Assembly: GCA_964016885.1 (NCBI GenBank)
Contig: OZ024740.1
Span: 65,100,001 to 65,164,000 of the forward strand
Reading direction: 5' to 3'
Length of the DNA: 64,000 bases
Source of the DNA: Eledone cirrhosa
Lineage: Eukaryota
Position 1 is the first letter of the stretch; each line of letters opens with the position of its first letter. Under the pieces are notes generated by a model that was not told the origin of the DNA, did not search any database, and saw only the letters and a list, made by a program, of their open reading frames with translations. Shown here piece after piece: positions 27,255 to 44,559 of this stretch. The translations under genes were made by a program, and so were the position numbers.

Positions 27255-27950
27255 TCTTATCTTGTCCACAAGAATGTCAGCTACAAGGATTGGCTAGATG
27301 TGGTTCGGCCACTGATGAACACGTTCCTGTCCTTTCCCATTAAGCTCTGCCAAGTCCAATGCTGTGCAGGGGTGTTCCAGCAAGGGGCATATCAGAAGGT
27401 GCTGCATAGTTTGTGGTTGGATGCCACAGTCACACACAACATCCTTTAAATATCCCCACTTTGCCAGATTTGCTTTTGCACGACCAACACCAGGTCTTAA
27501 TCTGCAGAGGCATTTCCACACTGCATAGTTTGTATCTACTCCAGGGGCAATGCCGCGATCCATTGTTGTTACGGATGGGAGGTTGTTAAGTTTTTCTTCA
27601 AAGCGAGTGAGTCTTTAACTACTTATGCTTGATGTTTCAAGAGGTGTGACGCTCTTTAGGAAACTATTTAAGATTGCTCTTGGCTGGCACATGGCTGAAG
27701 AGGGGATGTTTCTGATCTGTAGTCTGTTGTTGACGATCTTTCTTGCTTGCTGCTCTTCGCCGTGTCTCTGGTGGAGCTATGCCTACCAGGATATACAGAC
27801 AGTAGGTGTAAATTCCAAGCAGCCTGTGATGAGGTGGCAGCTAGCAATGAGCGTAGGATCTAGTTTCTGGACATGGACAGCTCGCTTCTATACTGGACAT
27901 GGAGTTGACTTCTGAGTCTCTGGGTTTACACCCCAGGTTGGGCCACAAAT
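27255..27950 (-). mobile_element. Vingi/Ingi-like LINE 3' fragment
   Basis: WGVNPE...SCHLITGCL...LYILVGIAPPETRR...HPLF and the C-terminal RLRPGVGRAKANLAKWGY...CDCGIQPQTMQHLLICP zinc knuckle. Confidence 0.75.
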
Positions 27951-28698
27951 ATGATATGTATTCCTTAGTAAAGAAGTAAAATGTTTGAAGGAATTAAAAC
28001 TGTTAAAACAGGTATACAAGAGAGAGATGTGACGATGACTACTGAGATGGTAACAAAACAAGCAATATAGAATTCCCAACAGGAAAAGCACGAGACCAGA
28101 TCGGATGTAAGAGCATGGCTTGAACATTCTTATTTCATTGCTCGAGACAATATCTTGGCAAATTAACTGTGTGGCGATCCCAAGTGAATTACCACGTACA
28201 GGAAAGTATGGGCCAGTTTGTGCCGTTGATAATTATAGACCGATCTGATGATTACCCCTTATGCTAATAACGGGAATCATATCTGAAATTGTATATGAAA
28301 TCCGTGAAACCCACGAGCAGTTATCCATGGAACGGAAAGGTGCAGGAAAAAAAGATCTGTTTCCCATTGACAGAATGGCGCTTAGATATTGTAAGAGGTG
28401 ACACATAAATTTGGGCATGGTGTGGGACGATTATAAAAACACGCTTTTACTATGGTCCTCCATTCCTGGATCTTAGTGAATTTCATTAAGAGATTAATGA
28501 ATAACAGGCAAATGGACGTGCCACGATGTGGGGAAATTCTGGCGAATATAAACAACTGGAGAGGTATATTTCAGGCTGATAGCCTATAAACCATTATTAT
28601 TTCTTATTTGCATGATTCCCCCACACGCAAATCTTACGGAAGGCTCGGGCTGGTTACACCTTTATATATATATATATACATATATATATATGTGTGTG

Positions 28699-28741
<43 letters not shown>

Positions 28742-28776
28742 AAAAGGTAAACAGAAATAATAACAACATTGGTACA

Positions 28777-29948
<1,172 letters not shown>

Positions 29949-30251
29949 ATTGTTAGAAATCGACAATCAGGAAAGTTAAACCTAATGGATCTCATCAACA
30001 GACAGTCCTAAACATATCTAAAATTACTCCCCTCTCCAAATCTATAGTAGCATGAGAGGACAGCTATCAGGATAGCTTGGAACAAAAATGATAAATATAG
30101 AGGTAACTAGCTCAACCAAACGAAACACTAAACAAATTAAGGAACCAAATTACAAATAATTTCCATCACTACTATATATATATATATATGTACCAATTGT
30201 GTTGTTATTTCTGTTTAACTTTTACATACATACACACACACACACACACAC

Positions 30252-30307
<56 letters not shown>

Positions 30308-30944
30308 ATTTTGCAACGGGTCACTTTGTGGATCAATGAAGAGTTAATCAATTAAATAATCAGAGCAATATATCATAAAGCATGTCTATAGAAGCACCAG
30401 ATAAAATATATACCATTTCCTCTCACAATAAGCATAATTAACCATATAAGAAAATCGATTAGACCAAGCTATATGAATAAAGGCTTCTATGAAGAAATCT
30501 CCGACAAATAACCGAAGCAGCCCTTCGCCTCGGTTGCGACGGAGTATTTATCGAGTATATCGACAGCGTGTATAAATCGCTCAGATATACAGTCAACTAA
30601 ACAGAATTAGGTGTAAAATAAACTAGGAGAAAAGGGAACATATTTAGTTACCTCTACAATGGTTCCGTCCGCATTTTAAGATATCCGATGACATCGGACA
30701 TCTAGAGCACCGGACTCTTCAGGAAGTTAGCTCAAATTTAGACAATACATTTTCCAAAGTGATCGCGCCAAGAATACATTCAAAAATGGCTAAGAATCAT
30801 GACGTAACAGCGGTCAGGTTAGAAAGAATGTGATTAGTTGCTTACGGCTGGTGGCCTTTTGCTAGAAAGTGTAGCACAATACAGCCAAAATTGTATCTCA
30901 ACGTAAGGGAGATAATTACATATAAAGGTTTACTTACAGATATA

Positions 30945-31106
<162 letters not shown>

Positions 31107-31450
31107 TGTGTGTTTTGCAACGGGTCACTTTGTGGCTCAATGAAGAGTTAATAAATTAAATAATCAGAGCTATATATCATAAAGTATGTCAATAGAATCA
31201 CCAGATAAAATGTATACCATTTCCTCTCCCAATAAGCATAATTAACCATATAAAAAATCGATTGGACCAAGCTATAAGAATAAAGGCTTCTATGAAGAAA
31301 TCTCCGACAAATAACCGAAAGCAGCCCTTCGCGTCGCTTGCGACGCAGTATTTATCGAGTATTTCGACAGCGTGTATAAATCGCTCAGATATACAGTCAA
31401 CTAAACATAATTAGGTGTAAAATAAACTAGGAGAAAAGTGAACATATTTA

Positions 31451-31532
31451 TTACCTCTACCATGGTTTCGTTCGCATTTTAAGATATCCGATGACCTTGG
31501 ATTTCTAGAGCACCGGACTCTTCAGGAAGTTA
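31451..31532 (-). ncRNA. Type I hammerhead ribozyme motif with long stem II
   Basis: Minus: CTTC-CTGAAGA-GTCCG...CGAAC-GAAAC-CATG-GTA-GAGG; palindromic stem III ACCATGGT, GUA triplet. Confidence 0.75.
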
Positions 31533-31733
31533 GCTCAAATTTAGACAATACATTTCCCAAAGTGATCGCGCCGAGAATACATTCAAAAATGGCTAAGAAT
31601 CGTGACGTAACAGCTGTCAGGTTAGAAATAATGTGATTAGGTGCTTACGGCTGGTGGCCTTTTGCTAGAAAGCGCAGCACAATACAGCCAAAATTGTATC
31701 TCAACGTAAGGGAGATTATTACATATAACGGTT

Positions 31734-31819
<86 letters not shown>

Positions 31820-32173
31820 CGTGTGTGTGTGTGTGTTTTGCAACGGGTCACTTTGTGGCTCAATGAAGAGTTAATAAATTAAATAATGAGAGCTATATGT
31901 CATAAAACATGTCTATAGAATCACCAGATAAAATATATACCATTTCCTCTCCCAATAAGCATAATTAACCATATAAAAAATCGATTAGACCAAGCTATAA
32001 GAATAAAGGCTTCTATGAAGAAATCTCCGACAAATAACCGAAAGCAGCCCTTCGCGTCGGTTGCGACGCAGTATTTATCGAGTATTTTGACAGCGTGTAT
32101 AAATCGCTCAGATATACAGTCAACTAAACAGAATTAGGTGAAAAATAAACTAGGAGAAAAGTGAACATATTTA

Positions 32174-32255
32174 TTACCTCTACCATGGTTTCGTTCGCAT
32201 TTTAAGATATACGATGACATTGGATTTCTAGAGCATCGGACTCTTCAGGAAGTTA
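32174..32255 (-). ncRNA. Type I hammerhead ribozyme motif with long stem II
   Basis: Same motif as 31451-31532, core intact. Confidence 0.75.
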
Positions 32256-32902
32256 GCTCCAGTTTAGACAATAAATTTTCCAAAGTGATTGCGCCAAGAA
32301 TACATTCAAAAATGGCTAAGAATCGTGACGTAACAGCGGTCAGGTTAGAAATAATGTGATTAGTTGCTTACGGCTGGTGGCCTTTTGCTAGTTAGCGCAG
32401 CACAATACAGCCAAAATTGTATCTCAAGCTAAGGGAGATTATTACATATAATGGTTTACATACATATATGTATATATATATGTGTGTGTGTGTGTGTTTT
32501 GCAACGGCTCACTTTTACCCCTAATTCCGTTTAGTTGACTGTATATCTGAGCGATTTATACACGCTGTCGAAATACTCGATAAATACTCCGTCACAACCG
32601 ACGCGAATGGCTGCTCTCGGTTATTTGTCGGAGATTTCTTCATAGACGCCTTTATTCTTATAGCTTGGTCTAATCGATTTTTTATATGGTTAATTATGCT
32701 TATTGGGAGAGGAAATGGTATATAATTTATCTGGTGATTCTATAGACATGTTCTTTGATATACATATATATTTCGTTTCTGAATTTGTTTAGCAAGATTC
32801 TTTATCAGAAATCGTGTGTTGAAACCGATATTGTTATACTTTGGGAGGGTCATGTTGCCAATAAGAAATGTAGTGTATAGCAACATGACCCTCCCAGGGT
32901 AT

Positions 32903-33043
<141 letters not shown>

Positions 33044-33079
33044 TGACAATATGTAACTTCTTTCATATGTAACTTCCTT

Positions 33080-33114
<35 letters not shown>

Positions 33115-34487
33115 GGGAGTATATATACACGTGGCTGCATCTAGATTTCAAGAATAGCCCCGACCTGGTCCCCCTCTCACACATAGGTGACATGGATACG
33201 ATTATTTAGCCCTGCCAGGGATTTGTACTCCTTTCTGTATTTGCTGCAGTGATGGAAATTATTTGTAATTTGGTTCCCTGATTTGTTTAGTGTTTCGTTT
33301 GGTTGAGCTAGTTACCTCTATATTTAGCATTTTTCTTCCAAGCTACCCTAGCTGTCCTCTAGTGCTACTATAGATTTGGAGAGGGGAGTAATTTTAGATA
33401 TGTTTAGGACTGTCTGTTGATGAGATCCATTAGGTTTAATTTTCCTGATTGTCGATTTCTAACAATTTAATTGTTGTTAGCAAGTTTTTCATGGGTTGAA
33501 ACTCTGCGGCACAGGTGATTATAAATGTAATAACTTCAACATTTTTCTGTTAAACTGTCAAACCACTATGATTTCTTTTATTTCTTTCCCCCTTGTTATT
33601 TACTATTTGTATATTGTTGCTCCATGACTATATCATTTGTTTACTTTATCCGTCTCGGTTTTTCGCACCTGCTTACAATGAGTAGTTGTTGACAAGATAC
33701 TTGAAAGAATTTTGGAGGTTTCTATGCTACTGAGGTTATATTGATCTATATTCCTATAATAGTTTACACCCGAAAATGTTCAATGATCGGTTGAGTGCTT
33801 CGTTTGAACGAGCGAGTTGCTTCTATGTGTAGGCTTTCCGTGCCAACCTATCCTTATATCCATCCTGTCATGCTATTATAGATTTGTAGCAGCTACTCTA
33901 GCAGTGCACGACCGCATAACCATATTTGGCTTATCTTCTTGCTGGAGATGGCAACAATTTTTGTTCATCTTCAGGACAGCATGCTGATGAGGCAAAAATG
34001 TCCTAATATTGCTGGTTATCGATTTTAAATAATTGTAATTACAAAATGTTCGGCTATTTGAAATGCAGGAACTTCAGCGTTTCTTTGTTAAACTGTTAAA
34101 CTACTTAGATGTTTTTCCCCACTTGTTGCGTTCTATTTAGCTCTGGTTGCAAGGATGAAGGTGGAAAACAAAGGGTCATAATGGATTGTTGTAGATTTAA
34201 ATAGCGTAGATTTTCACCTAAACAATTATTTTGTTAATTCAAATTCAAATTATTTCGTTTCAAATATAATCGCTTCTATTTAACTATAAAGTAATTATTT
34301 CATGACAATAGGGAGTTTTACTCTATGGAATTGTTGCAAAATTTGGTTAATTAAATTATTTCAATTATGTGTGAATGCTGGAACGGGATGGGCTTGTTTG
34401 GATGATGAGTTATCTAAAAATATTGACTTTCGGATAAAATGCTTCAATTTCTTAACCGTTATATTATTTGGTCTTTAGCGTCTATAA

Positions 34488-34670
34488 TAATTGTTTCTAC
34501 TTTAGGCAAAGGCCAGCAATTACCCAGTGCATTACTGGTACTTTATTTTATCGACCCCGTAAGGATGAAAGGCAAAGTCAACCTCGGCGGGATTTGAACT
34601 CAGATCGTAAAGGGACGTAACTATGCTGGAAAGCATGGCTTCCGACCCTCTACCGATACTGCCAATCCAT
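34488..34670 (-). mobile_element. tRNA-derived SINE
   Basis: Full reverse-complement copy. Confidence 0.9.
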
Positions 34671-36169
34671 CACAGCGTGGTGTCTTAGACAATGGATAGA
34701 CTGTTCCTAAAAAGGTGTCCATTTTGGGGTTTTCCAGAGTTAATGTATGATGTTATATTGTTTATAATGCGTTAAAAATATTCGAGATAATATGAGTATA
34801 GTACCAAGTGGTGCTATATTCTCTCTACTACACATAAATTTACGTACTGGATTTTCTTTTATCTATATTACCTAATGCTTTATTAAAATCAATGTTTGTT
34901 TTTGTAATACATTAAAAAGTATTGTGAACAAATAAGATGATAGTATATGCCACCCAGTGTCTAAAGCTGGAGTATATTAAGATTGACATCAACTTAGAGA
35001 AAGAACGTTGTATGAAGGAATTATTCAGAAATATTTCCTTCAATTATTTTTATATATCGAGTATCTAATTCGATATAAAAAGAAATTCAATTGTGTTCTC
35101 TAATTCATTTTCACAACTAAATACATTATGAAAATATTCTATTATTTTAGCCATTTATTGACAGATATACAGAGAAAAGATTATCAGATATATGGAAAAT
35201 TTCCATTTACCTAAATCAAATATGTAACTAAATTATAAAACATATAGCCAATCGTGATATAGAAGTGAAAACACTTCTTTGTGTATCCAAGCTTCACTAT
35301 GCATGATTCTAAAACCGAATATGGTTAAGATATTTCACGTAAATATGTGTTCCATCGCTCATCTGCGTTATAATCTGACCGAGGATAATTTTCCATATTC
35401 AAGGTCGATAAAATATAATATCAGTCTAGGTTGATGGCGTTGGTTTTTGTAACTTCTTTGGTTTCTAGACACTTAGTCTGTCAATTTAACTGACTAAGTT
35501 AAAAGAACTCGCCTTGGTTGGATTTAGTGCATTCTTCCCTAACTCATACCTGTCTTAGATAGCTAGAAATAAATTACACTCACTGACTTTCTCATTTTTT
35601 CTTAACATTGAAATTAAAAACTAACACAATGTACCGCACTACATAATTCTATAATTTTTAATCAAGTTGGGCTCTGTAGGTGAAACATATATATCTTGAT
35701 AATGGATATACATCGACACAAGATGACACTAATGAAATGCCTACTACATCCCTACATAATTTAAGTCAGCAGAAAATTATAAAATCAATATCAAGCATCC
35801 CTGTAGTATTCAATATGACAAATAATTAGGTAGTAAATATGTATCCTTGCAATTACCGTATTGGATAAGTAGTTATATTGAAACGCAAGCATTCTTTTAA
35901 AATATTCAAATTAAGAGAAATCTGTGCGACGTCATGCTCACCATTTATACCCAACAATACAATGATTAGCGTTTCCGGATTCATTTTCCGATAAAGCTTT
36001 ATCAAATTAAAGCAATGATGAAACTACGCATAGATATATAAAATAGGCTGAAATTCAATACGTACCAAAAGATGAAAAACTGATATGCATGCACATGTTT
36101 ATATATATATACACATATGTATAAATAAAGTCATAGCCATCTCTGTCTCTTGCTCTGTCTCTTCATATA

Positions 36170-37691
36170 TCTAATATATATTTGTGAAATGGGCGGTGGT
36201 TGAAATTCAGATGTGCACGGTTAAATGGTAGTAGACGTGGTCGGACGGAAATGGAAATTTACACACCTATGTAAAAAGTGCCAAGGAAACAAATGGACGA
36301 GGTTTCAAATCTCTAACTTGAAAAATGTGGTCCGTGAGGCCCCAAAACTATCGCGTTCGGTGAGTTATTTCCCCCTGTTCTAATACTAACTCATCAGTTT
36401 ATTTCGCTGCATACTTTCGCAGCTTTCTTTCACTGTTAGCATACAGTACAATTTTGCGAAATGCCAATCCGAAAACGGTCACTGTTTTCCACCAAAAGAT
36501 ATAAAACTCTTAAAATGCGAAGAAGGGAGTCATGTTCTCAAGTACGTTTTTTCAGATATCATTTTCATTTAATTTCTAATACATGTTAAGCACCACTAAC
36601 AGTAAGTAGTATTTTTCGATTCATTGTCTTATTTAAAATAACATATCAAAGACAACGTTATTTCGCTGTTAATAAACCTTTGGCTACTACAGTACGTTTC
36701 ATTTTCATTTTTAAAATCAATTGCTCTATATTAAATTTAAATAATTCTATAACAATCATACAGTAGTGTTTTATGAAATCGATTCTGCAGTAGAATTTTA
36801 CGAAATGCCAAAAGGAAAAAGGTAACTGTTTTCTAACAAAAGAAATAAAACCCTTACATTGCGAATCCCCTGTTCTAATACTGGGGTTAGTTATTTCCCC
36901 CTCTTCTAATAAATATCTAATATATAGAGGCCGCTCTTCCTGACCAGGGCAATCAAATTGTAAACTATCATACAGTACCGTTTTATGAAATCAATTCTGC
37001 AGTACCATTTTACGAAATGCCAAACCGAAAACAGTCGCTGTTTTCCATCAAAAGAAATAAAACCCTTAAATTGCGAAAAAGGGAGTCATGTTCTCAAGTA
37101 CGTTTTTTCAGATATCATTTTCATTTTGTTTCTAATACATGTTAACCACCACTAACAGTAAGTAGTATTTTTCAAATCATTGTCTTATTTAAAATAACAT
37201 ATCAAAGACAACGTTATTTCGCTGTTAGTAAACTTTTGGTTACTACAAGCTTCCATGGTTACGGAGAAAATCGATGAAACAGGAATTTCCCATTCAAATT
37301 GAACTGAGAGTAATCTGTGAACGCAGAAGTAAATATTTCAAGAAACGTTGCAACCGAACGACAACAGGAAGACGATATTTTGTTTCTTGAAGACGTTCCC
37401 TGGCAAGAACGAAAAAAAGGCGAGGATAATACGTCGTTATGTGGGGCGTAAAGAACAATTTCGTGCAAAGACAAGACCAAGTTTATGGTATAAATGGAGT
37501 CGTTAGACTAATATTCTATTTAAAATAACAGAATGATTTCCAGCCCCGGAGTTTAAGAATGATGTAAATAAAATTGAAAACAAAAATGACAGAGGTTATT
37601 AAAATAGTAAAAGTAAATAGTGAAGATTTAGGCCAGTACATACATATGCCCCGACGGACATACCCATACAGACGCACACACAAATACATAC

Positions 37692-37757
<66 letters not shown>

Positions 37758-38282
37758 GCACACACAAATACATACACACGCCCACACACACATACACATA
37801 CACACACATACACATACACACACACGAACGCACGCGCGTATGTATAAATCTTATGCATTTCTACAGTATTTTCAGCAAACTTAACACATAGGTTAGTTAT
37901 GTACTCCGGATGGTCAGGGGCACTGTCATTTTTCCAGATATTGATTATAGGGCACCCCGGCAGATAACCCCTTTAACCACTTTAACCACTTCCTTGGAGT
38001 CGACTGAAGCACCGCAGTGCAATGCAACAAAACGTCATAACTTCTGGAGTTCACAACCGATTTTCACAAAACTTGACACATGGGCTACGTTTGTCCTACA
38101 GATGATGTGAACTCTCAGAATTAGCACATATTGGGTAGGGGACTCCTGGGGGCAGGAACCCCTTTTTGGAAAAAGCCGATGATTTTGTAAAAGTATAGTT
38201 TTCGAAGCAGCACTGAAGTATTGACATAAATGGTATACAGAACTGCTATTTAATATCCGAGCAATGCCGGGAACCTCTGCTA

Positions 38283-38283
<1 letters not shown>
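36170..38283 (+). mobile_element. Probable non-autonomous Helitron region with internal ~280-bp duplication
   Basis: A|TCTAATATATA at 36170 (again at ~36915). 3' hairpin CCGAGCAATGCCGG (38257-38270) then CTAG|T at 38280-38283. Segments ~36440-36690 and ~36995-37246 are duplicates. The extent is uncertain. Confidence 0.5.
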
Positions 38284-38329
<46 letters not shown>

Positions 38330-38330
38330 T

Positions 38331-38412
<82 letters not shown>

Positions 38413-39498
38413 ATATAATATGGATCTAATAAACCAGGGATGTGCAATCCACATTTTAGTCGGTCAGTTGTGATGCTGATGAAATGAAGGGCTCAACATG
38501 TATAAATTATACAAGCCGGAGCATCATAGAGTGTTAAATACATCAAAGGTCATATGCAATTTTATTCAGATTTATTCTCATCTCTATGATGCACAGTTTG
38601 CTGAGATCGACGACCATGTAGTTTTCATCCTCCCATCCCACCACATGGAAATCGTTAGATTGTATAAAGATATTTGAACAATTTCACACAACTTTAAAAA
38701 AAATTCCTCATAATAAATTCAAAGAATCCTTCAAATATGTTATCCTTTTTATGACACAGAGTTGCCGGTGGTGTGTGTTGTTGATACTATGCCAGTCTGC
38801 CACTGTATGACCCCTGTACTGTGGAGGAAAAAGAAAATCTGACAAATGGCAGAGGAACTCATGTGAGTCAACGGCTATCTAATAGTGTGTACATATGTAT
38901 ATATCGTGTGTGTGTGTAAATATGTATATTTAAGAGTGTCATGAGTTGTAGAATATTTCACTGGTTGGCACTTGATAGTTTTTGTGGCGTCACCGTGTTT
39001 ACAAGTGCTTGTTTAACGTACCACTCAGTGAATTGAAAACACGCAATATATTCTCATGCAAACAAAGCGCGTAGCCTTTCTCAGTTCTAAGAGAGACTTG
39101 CATGGTGAAAAGCCACATCATACACGAGGTGCCTCTGATATGGCTATCATAGGAGAATCGAGCGCAACAGGTCGGATCTAGAGGAGTTATCATTGATAAA
39201 AACCCTGCTTGTCTCATAGTAAGCGGTAGCTCTTGCGATGATAATCAGTTTAATTACAAGAGCTTGGCGTTGTGAAGACCAGTAGCTTCGCAGATGATCG
39301 AATATTACTTCTAACATTGGGTGGTACAACTGCTCAAGATAGTGGAGAAATCTATGGGTATGCAAGTGTGGCGAGCCGCATATAATTTAGACATTAGAAA
39401 AATTAAAATGCTTCACCTTCGATGGAGGGATGACTCAAGAAAAAGAAAAGACGAAGTTATATGAATGAAACATTTCTAGTCCTGTAGATGCATTGACA

Positions 39499-39542
39499 AC
39501 CGTCTATGCATTTCAGGCTTGACTGGCCCTCGCCAGGATGGT
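39499..39542 (-). ncRNA. Hammerhead motif (core variant CTGGCGA) in ~300-bp repeat also present inverted at ~63640-63945
   Basis: Minus: ACCATC-CTGGCGA-GGGC CAGTCAA GCCT-GAAA-TGCA-TA-GACGGT. Confidence 0.6.
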
Positions 39543-39781
39543 CCTTCCCACCGCCTGCGACTGCTGGACTTGAAAACAGTAGAGAATATATAGTTTTCTC
39601 GATGTCTAAATGAGATGATTAATCTCATTTGCATATGAAGCTTCATAAGTTGGCTCAACTTATAATAGAATAGAAATAAGATTTTGCTTCAAGCATAGCT
39701 TTGTACAATATATATAGAAATTTCGTATTTCTAAAGAAACAAGGTTTGAGGAAGCCGTAGCTATGCAAACACCGGGGCTAA

Positions 39782-39879
<98 letters not shown>

Positions 39880-39970
39880 CTATGTAAAAGGTAAACAGAA
39901 ATAACAGCACAATCGGTACAGTATATGGAAGGAATATATTAGGTTAACGCTTAATAAAGCAGTAAGAGGG

Positions 39971-40006
39971 TCTTAACGTTTCGGACGCTAGTCCTTCACC
40001 GGAAGA
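39971..40006 (-). ncRNA. Minimal hammerhead motif (core variant CCGGTGA)
   Basis: Minus: TCTT-CCGGTGA-A-GGAC TAGC GTCC-GAAACGTT-AAGA; palindromic AACGTT. Confidence 0.6.
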
Positions 40007-40225
40007 AAGGATGAGAAATAAGATAGATTGAAAGGACGGAATTAGTAAAAATGTCTTTAGATAAAAATAACAGGTCCATTCTTGTTGACATCTCTTGCAA
40101 AACCTTTGGTGCTGGCGTTTGTGTATGATTTATTTTTTAGAAAAGTGGATGATGTAGCGCGTCTACCTGAAATAGGAAAAAAAACACCCTTATGTAAAAA
40201 GAGCTGTACTTGTGCACGTGCGTAA

Positions 40226-40275
<50 letters not shown>

Positions 40276-40282
40276 ATATATG

Positions 40283-40573
40283 ATGGCTGCCGCCTCGTTA
40301 TCCAGCATGCCCATTGCACGATATAACATTATTGATAATTATCAATCATGCGTGAAGATTATTTTTGAAGTGAAGAAAGCCTGTGCACTGAGCCAATCCC
40401 GCTCTCTGAGCCACAGTAGCTATAACCCGAAAAGAGTAAAAGATCAACATTATCGGTAACTACTGAGCCGCAGGTTTCATGTAGGAGTTAGCCAAGTTTC
40501 TTGAGTTGCCTTCACTCCCCCGTGGTTTAACCGCCAGATCGGGTATCCAGCCCGATTATTTCTATTTCCCCGC
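40283..40573 (-). mobile_element. Family A non-autonomous RTE derivative (internally deleted)
   Basis: Reverse complement of 24489-24830 with a short internal deletion. Confidence 0.8.
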
Positions 40574-40614
40574 ATATATATATGTGTGTGTATATATATC
40601 TATACATATATGCA

Positions 40615-40727
40615 TACCGATTCTTTTCGTTACCCTCCAAGAAGGAATATGACGTCACTTTCAGCTTATATCTGGAGTCTAAAAGACAACCACACCCAAT
40701 ATAATTTACACAGGAAGTTCCTACTAT
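40615..40727 (+). mobile_element. Naiad-type PLE GIY-YIG fragment
   Basis: [34 protein letters not shown] is homologous to the 58407 fragment. Confidence 0.6.
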
Positions 40728-40739
40728 CCCCGCATATAT

Positions 40740-41431
<692 letters not shown>

Positions 41432-41726
41432 GTATTTTCCGTTGTGTTGTAATATAAATATTACACACAGTAGATTATCAGCTCACGTAGAGTTTGCTCG
41501 ACGGTTCCAGTTGTAGTTCCAAAAGTAATTTGTAGTTCCAAAAGAAAAATAGAAAGATATGAATGGATAGAGTTTAGTTGAAAGGAATTTATTGACACGT
41601 GTTTCTATAACAGTTACATAACCTAAAACAGCTGCTATCTACACACTTTTAGTTATGCAGACATTCAACATTTCATTGTTATTATTTACTGTCATTTCAT
41701 CAGATGTATATATATATATATATATA

Positions 41727-41782
<56 letters not shown>

Positions 41783-41972
41783 TAAAAGGGATATTTAATT
41801 TGTTTGTAATTCAACAAACATAAATGTTTATAACTCATTCAGACCACCCGTCAAGTTTCTGGAGTAAATATTCAATGATATCAAATAAATGGAAACTATA
41901 TATATAAAACCATATTTATTCTATTATACACACTCACACACACACACACACACAATACACACACTACACACG

Positions 41973-42064
<92 letters not shown>

Positions 42065-42165
42065 TATCTATATACATATATATATATACATGTATATATA
42101 TATATATATACGTATGTATGTATACGTACATACATATATGTATACAGACGTACAGTAGCATGCAT

Positions 42166-42220
<55 letters not shown>

Positions 42221-42658
42221 TATATACATACAGGTACACATACATATATGCACGCATCAGTTTAGCGGACGCTTATTATAACGCCCCTTTGTTCGTTTGT
42301 AAACAAACTGAACAGCCTGAATTTATGCCATACGGTGTTAAGGCAACCACGTCACCTTTTTGTTCAACACTGACACAGGAACGATGTACTAGTTTCAAGC
42401 TTGTTAGCTATCATCAGCACCGTATACCCATCTTCCAGATAGTTGAACGTTCGGAAGTATATACTTTCCTTATGAAAATTAACGGCTGAGCAGCCTAATT
42501 TGCATATTGAGTGAGTTAAATCGGTCAGGCATACCGAAAACGATAAGTTGAAAAAAATGAAAACGAAATTTCATTTCTCACTCTTAGTATGGCACTTACT
42601 TAAATGTAAGTATGTATGTATACGTACATACATATATGTATACAGACGTACAGTAGCA

Positions 42659-42732
<74 letters not shown>

Positions 42733-42850
42733 TACATATATACATACAGGTACACATACATATATGCACGCATCAGTTTAGCGGACGCTTATTATAACGC
42801 CGCTTTGTTCGTTTGTAAACAAACTGAACAACTATTTGGCAGATGGGTAT

Positions 42851-42893
42851 ATGGTGCTGATGATAGCTAACAAGCTTGAAACTAGTACATCGT
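42851..42893 (+). ncRNA. Minimal type I hammerhead ribozyme motif
   Basis: ATGGTG-CTGATGA-TAGC TAACAA GCTT-GAAAC-TA-GTA-CATCGT. Confidence 0.78.
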
Positions 42894-43055
42894 CCTGTGT
42901 CAGTGTTGAACAAAAAGGTGACGTGGTTGCCTTAACACCGTATGGGATAAATTCAGGCTGTTCAGTTTGTTTCCAAACGAAGAAAGCGGCGTTATAATAA
43001 GCGTCCGCTAAACTGATGCGTGCATATTTGTATGTGTACCTGTATGTATATATGC

Positions 43056-43188
<133 letters not shown>

Positions 43189-43423
43189 TGCTACTGTACG
43201 TCTGTATACATATATGTATGTACGTATACATACATACTTACATTTAAGTAAGTGCCATACTAAGAGTGAGAAATGAAATTTCGTCTTCATTTTTTTCAAC
43301 ATATCGTTTTCGGTATGCCTGACCGATTTAACTCACTCAATATGCAAATTAGGCTGCTCAGCCGTTAATTTTCATAAGGAAAGTATATACTTTCGAACGT
43401 TCAACTATCTGGCAGATGGGTAT

Positions 43424-43466
43424 ACGGTGCTGATGATAGCTCACAAGCTTGAAACTAGTACATCGT
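43424..43466 (+). ncRNA. Minimal type I hammerhead ribozyme motif
   Basis: ACGGTG-CTGATGA-TAGC TCACAA GCTT-GAAAC-TA-GTA-CATCGT; 6-bp stem I, palindromic ACTAGT. Confidence 0.8.
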
Positions 43467-43616
43467 TCCTGTGTCAGTGTTGAACAAAAAGGTGACGTGG
43501 TTGCCTTAACACCGTATGGCATAAATTCAGGCTGTTCAGTTTGTTTACAAACGAACAAAGCGGCGTTATAATAAGCGTCCGCTAAACTGATGCGTGCATA
43601 TATGTATGTGTACCTG

Positions 43617-43660
<44 letters not shown>

Positions 43661-43772
43661 TGCTACTGTACGTCTTTATACATATATGTATGTACGTATA
43701 CATACATACTTACATTTAAGTAAGTGCCATACTAAGAGTGAGAAATTAAATTTCGTTTTCATTTTTATTCAA

Positions 43773-43846
<74 letters not shown>

Positions 43847-44559
43847 TATATATATATACATATAAATATACATATATATATATATACATATGCATATATA
43901 TATATGTAGATGTTATATTTAATTTGTTGGGATACAACAAGCAAATATTTTTATAGCTGATATAAAGCGCTCAACAAATTATTGGAGTAAAATTACAATA
44001 TATTAACAAATGGAAACTTTATTTGTAAAACCACATTTATTTCATTATACATATTTCAAGTACAACAAAGCAATTCTTTAAGGGTATGTCAATATTTGTT
44101 TATAAAACTGATCTATATTATATTTCATCTGATGGAAGCGCACCATAATTTGCTTTGGTGTCCTTGAAATATGTATAATGAAATAATTATGGTTTTATAA
44201 ATATAGTTTGCATTTGTTAATATATTGTGTATATATATATAATTATATATATATATATTTATTAAAATAACAGATTAAAGTTTAAGCAAAGAATCGCTGC
44301 TTTCACCTTTAACGGGATTTTCTGAAACTAACAAAGTAAATCTGCGAACGCAGAAGTGAATATTTAAAAAAACGTTGCAACCGGAGGAAGACAGGAAGAC
44401 GATACTTTGGTTCGTGGAAACGTTCCCTGGCAAAGAACGGGAAAAAACGAATATAATACGTCATTATATATAAATACACTATATATATATGTATTTACAT
44501 ATTTAAATACACACACATATACATATATATATACATATATGTTGCCAATAAATATATAT

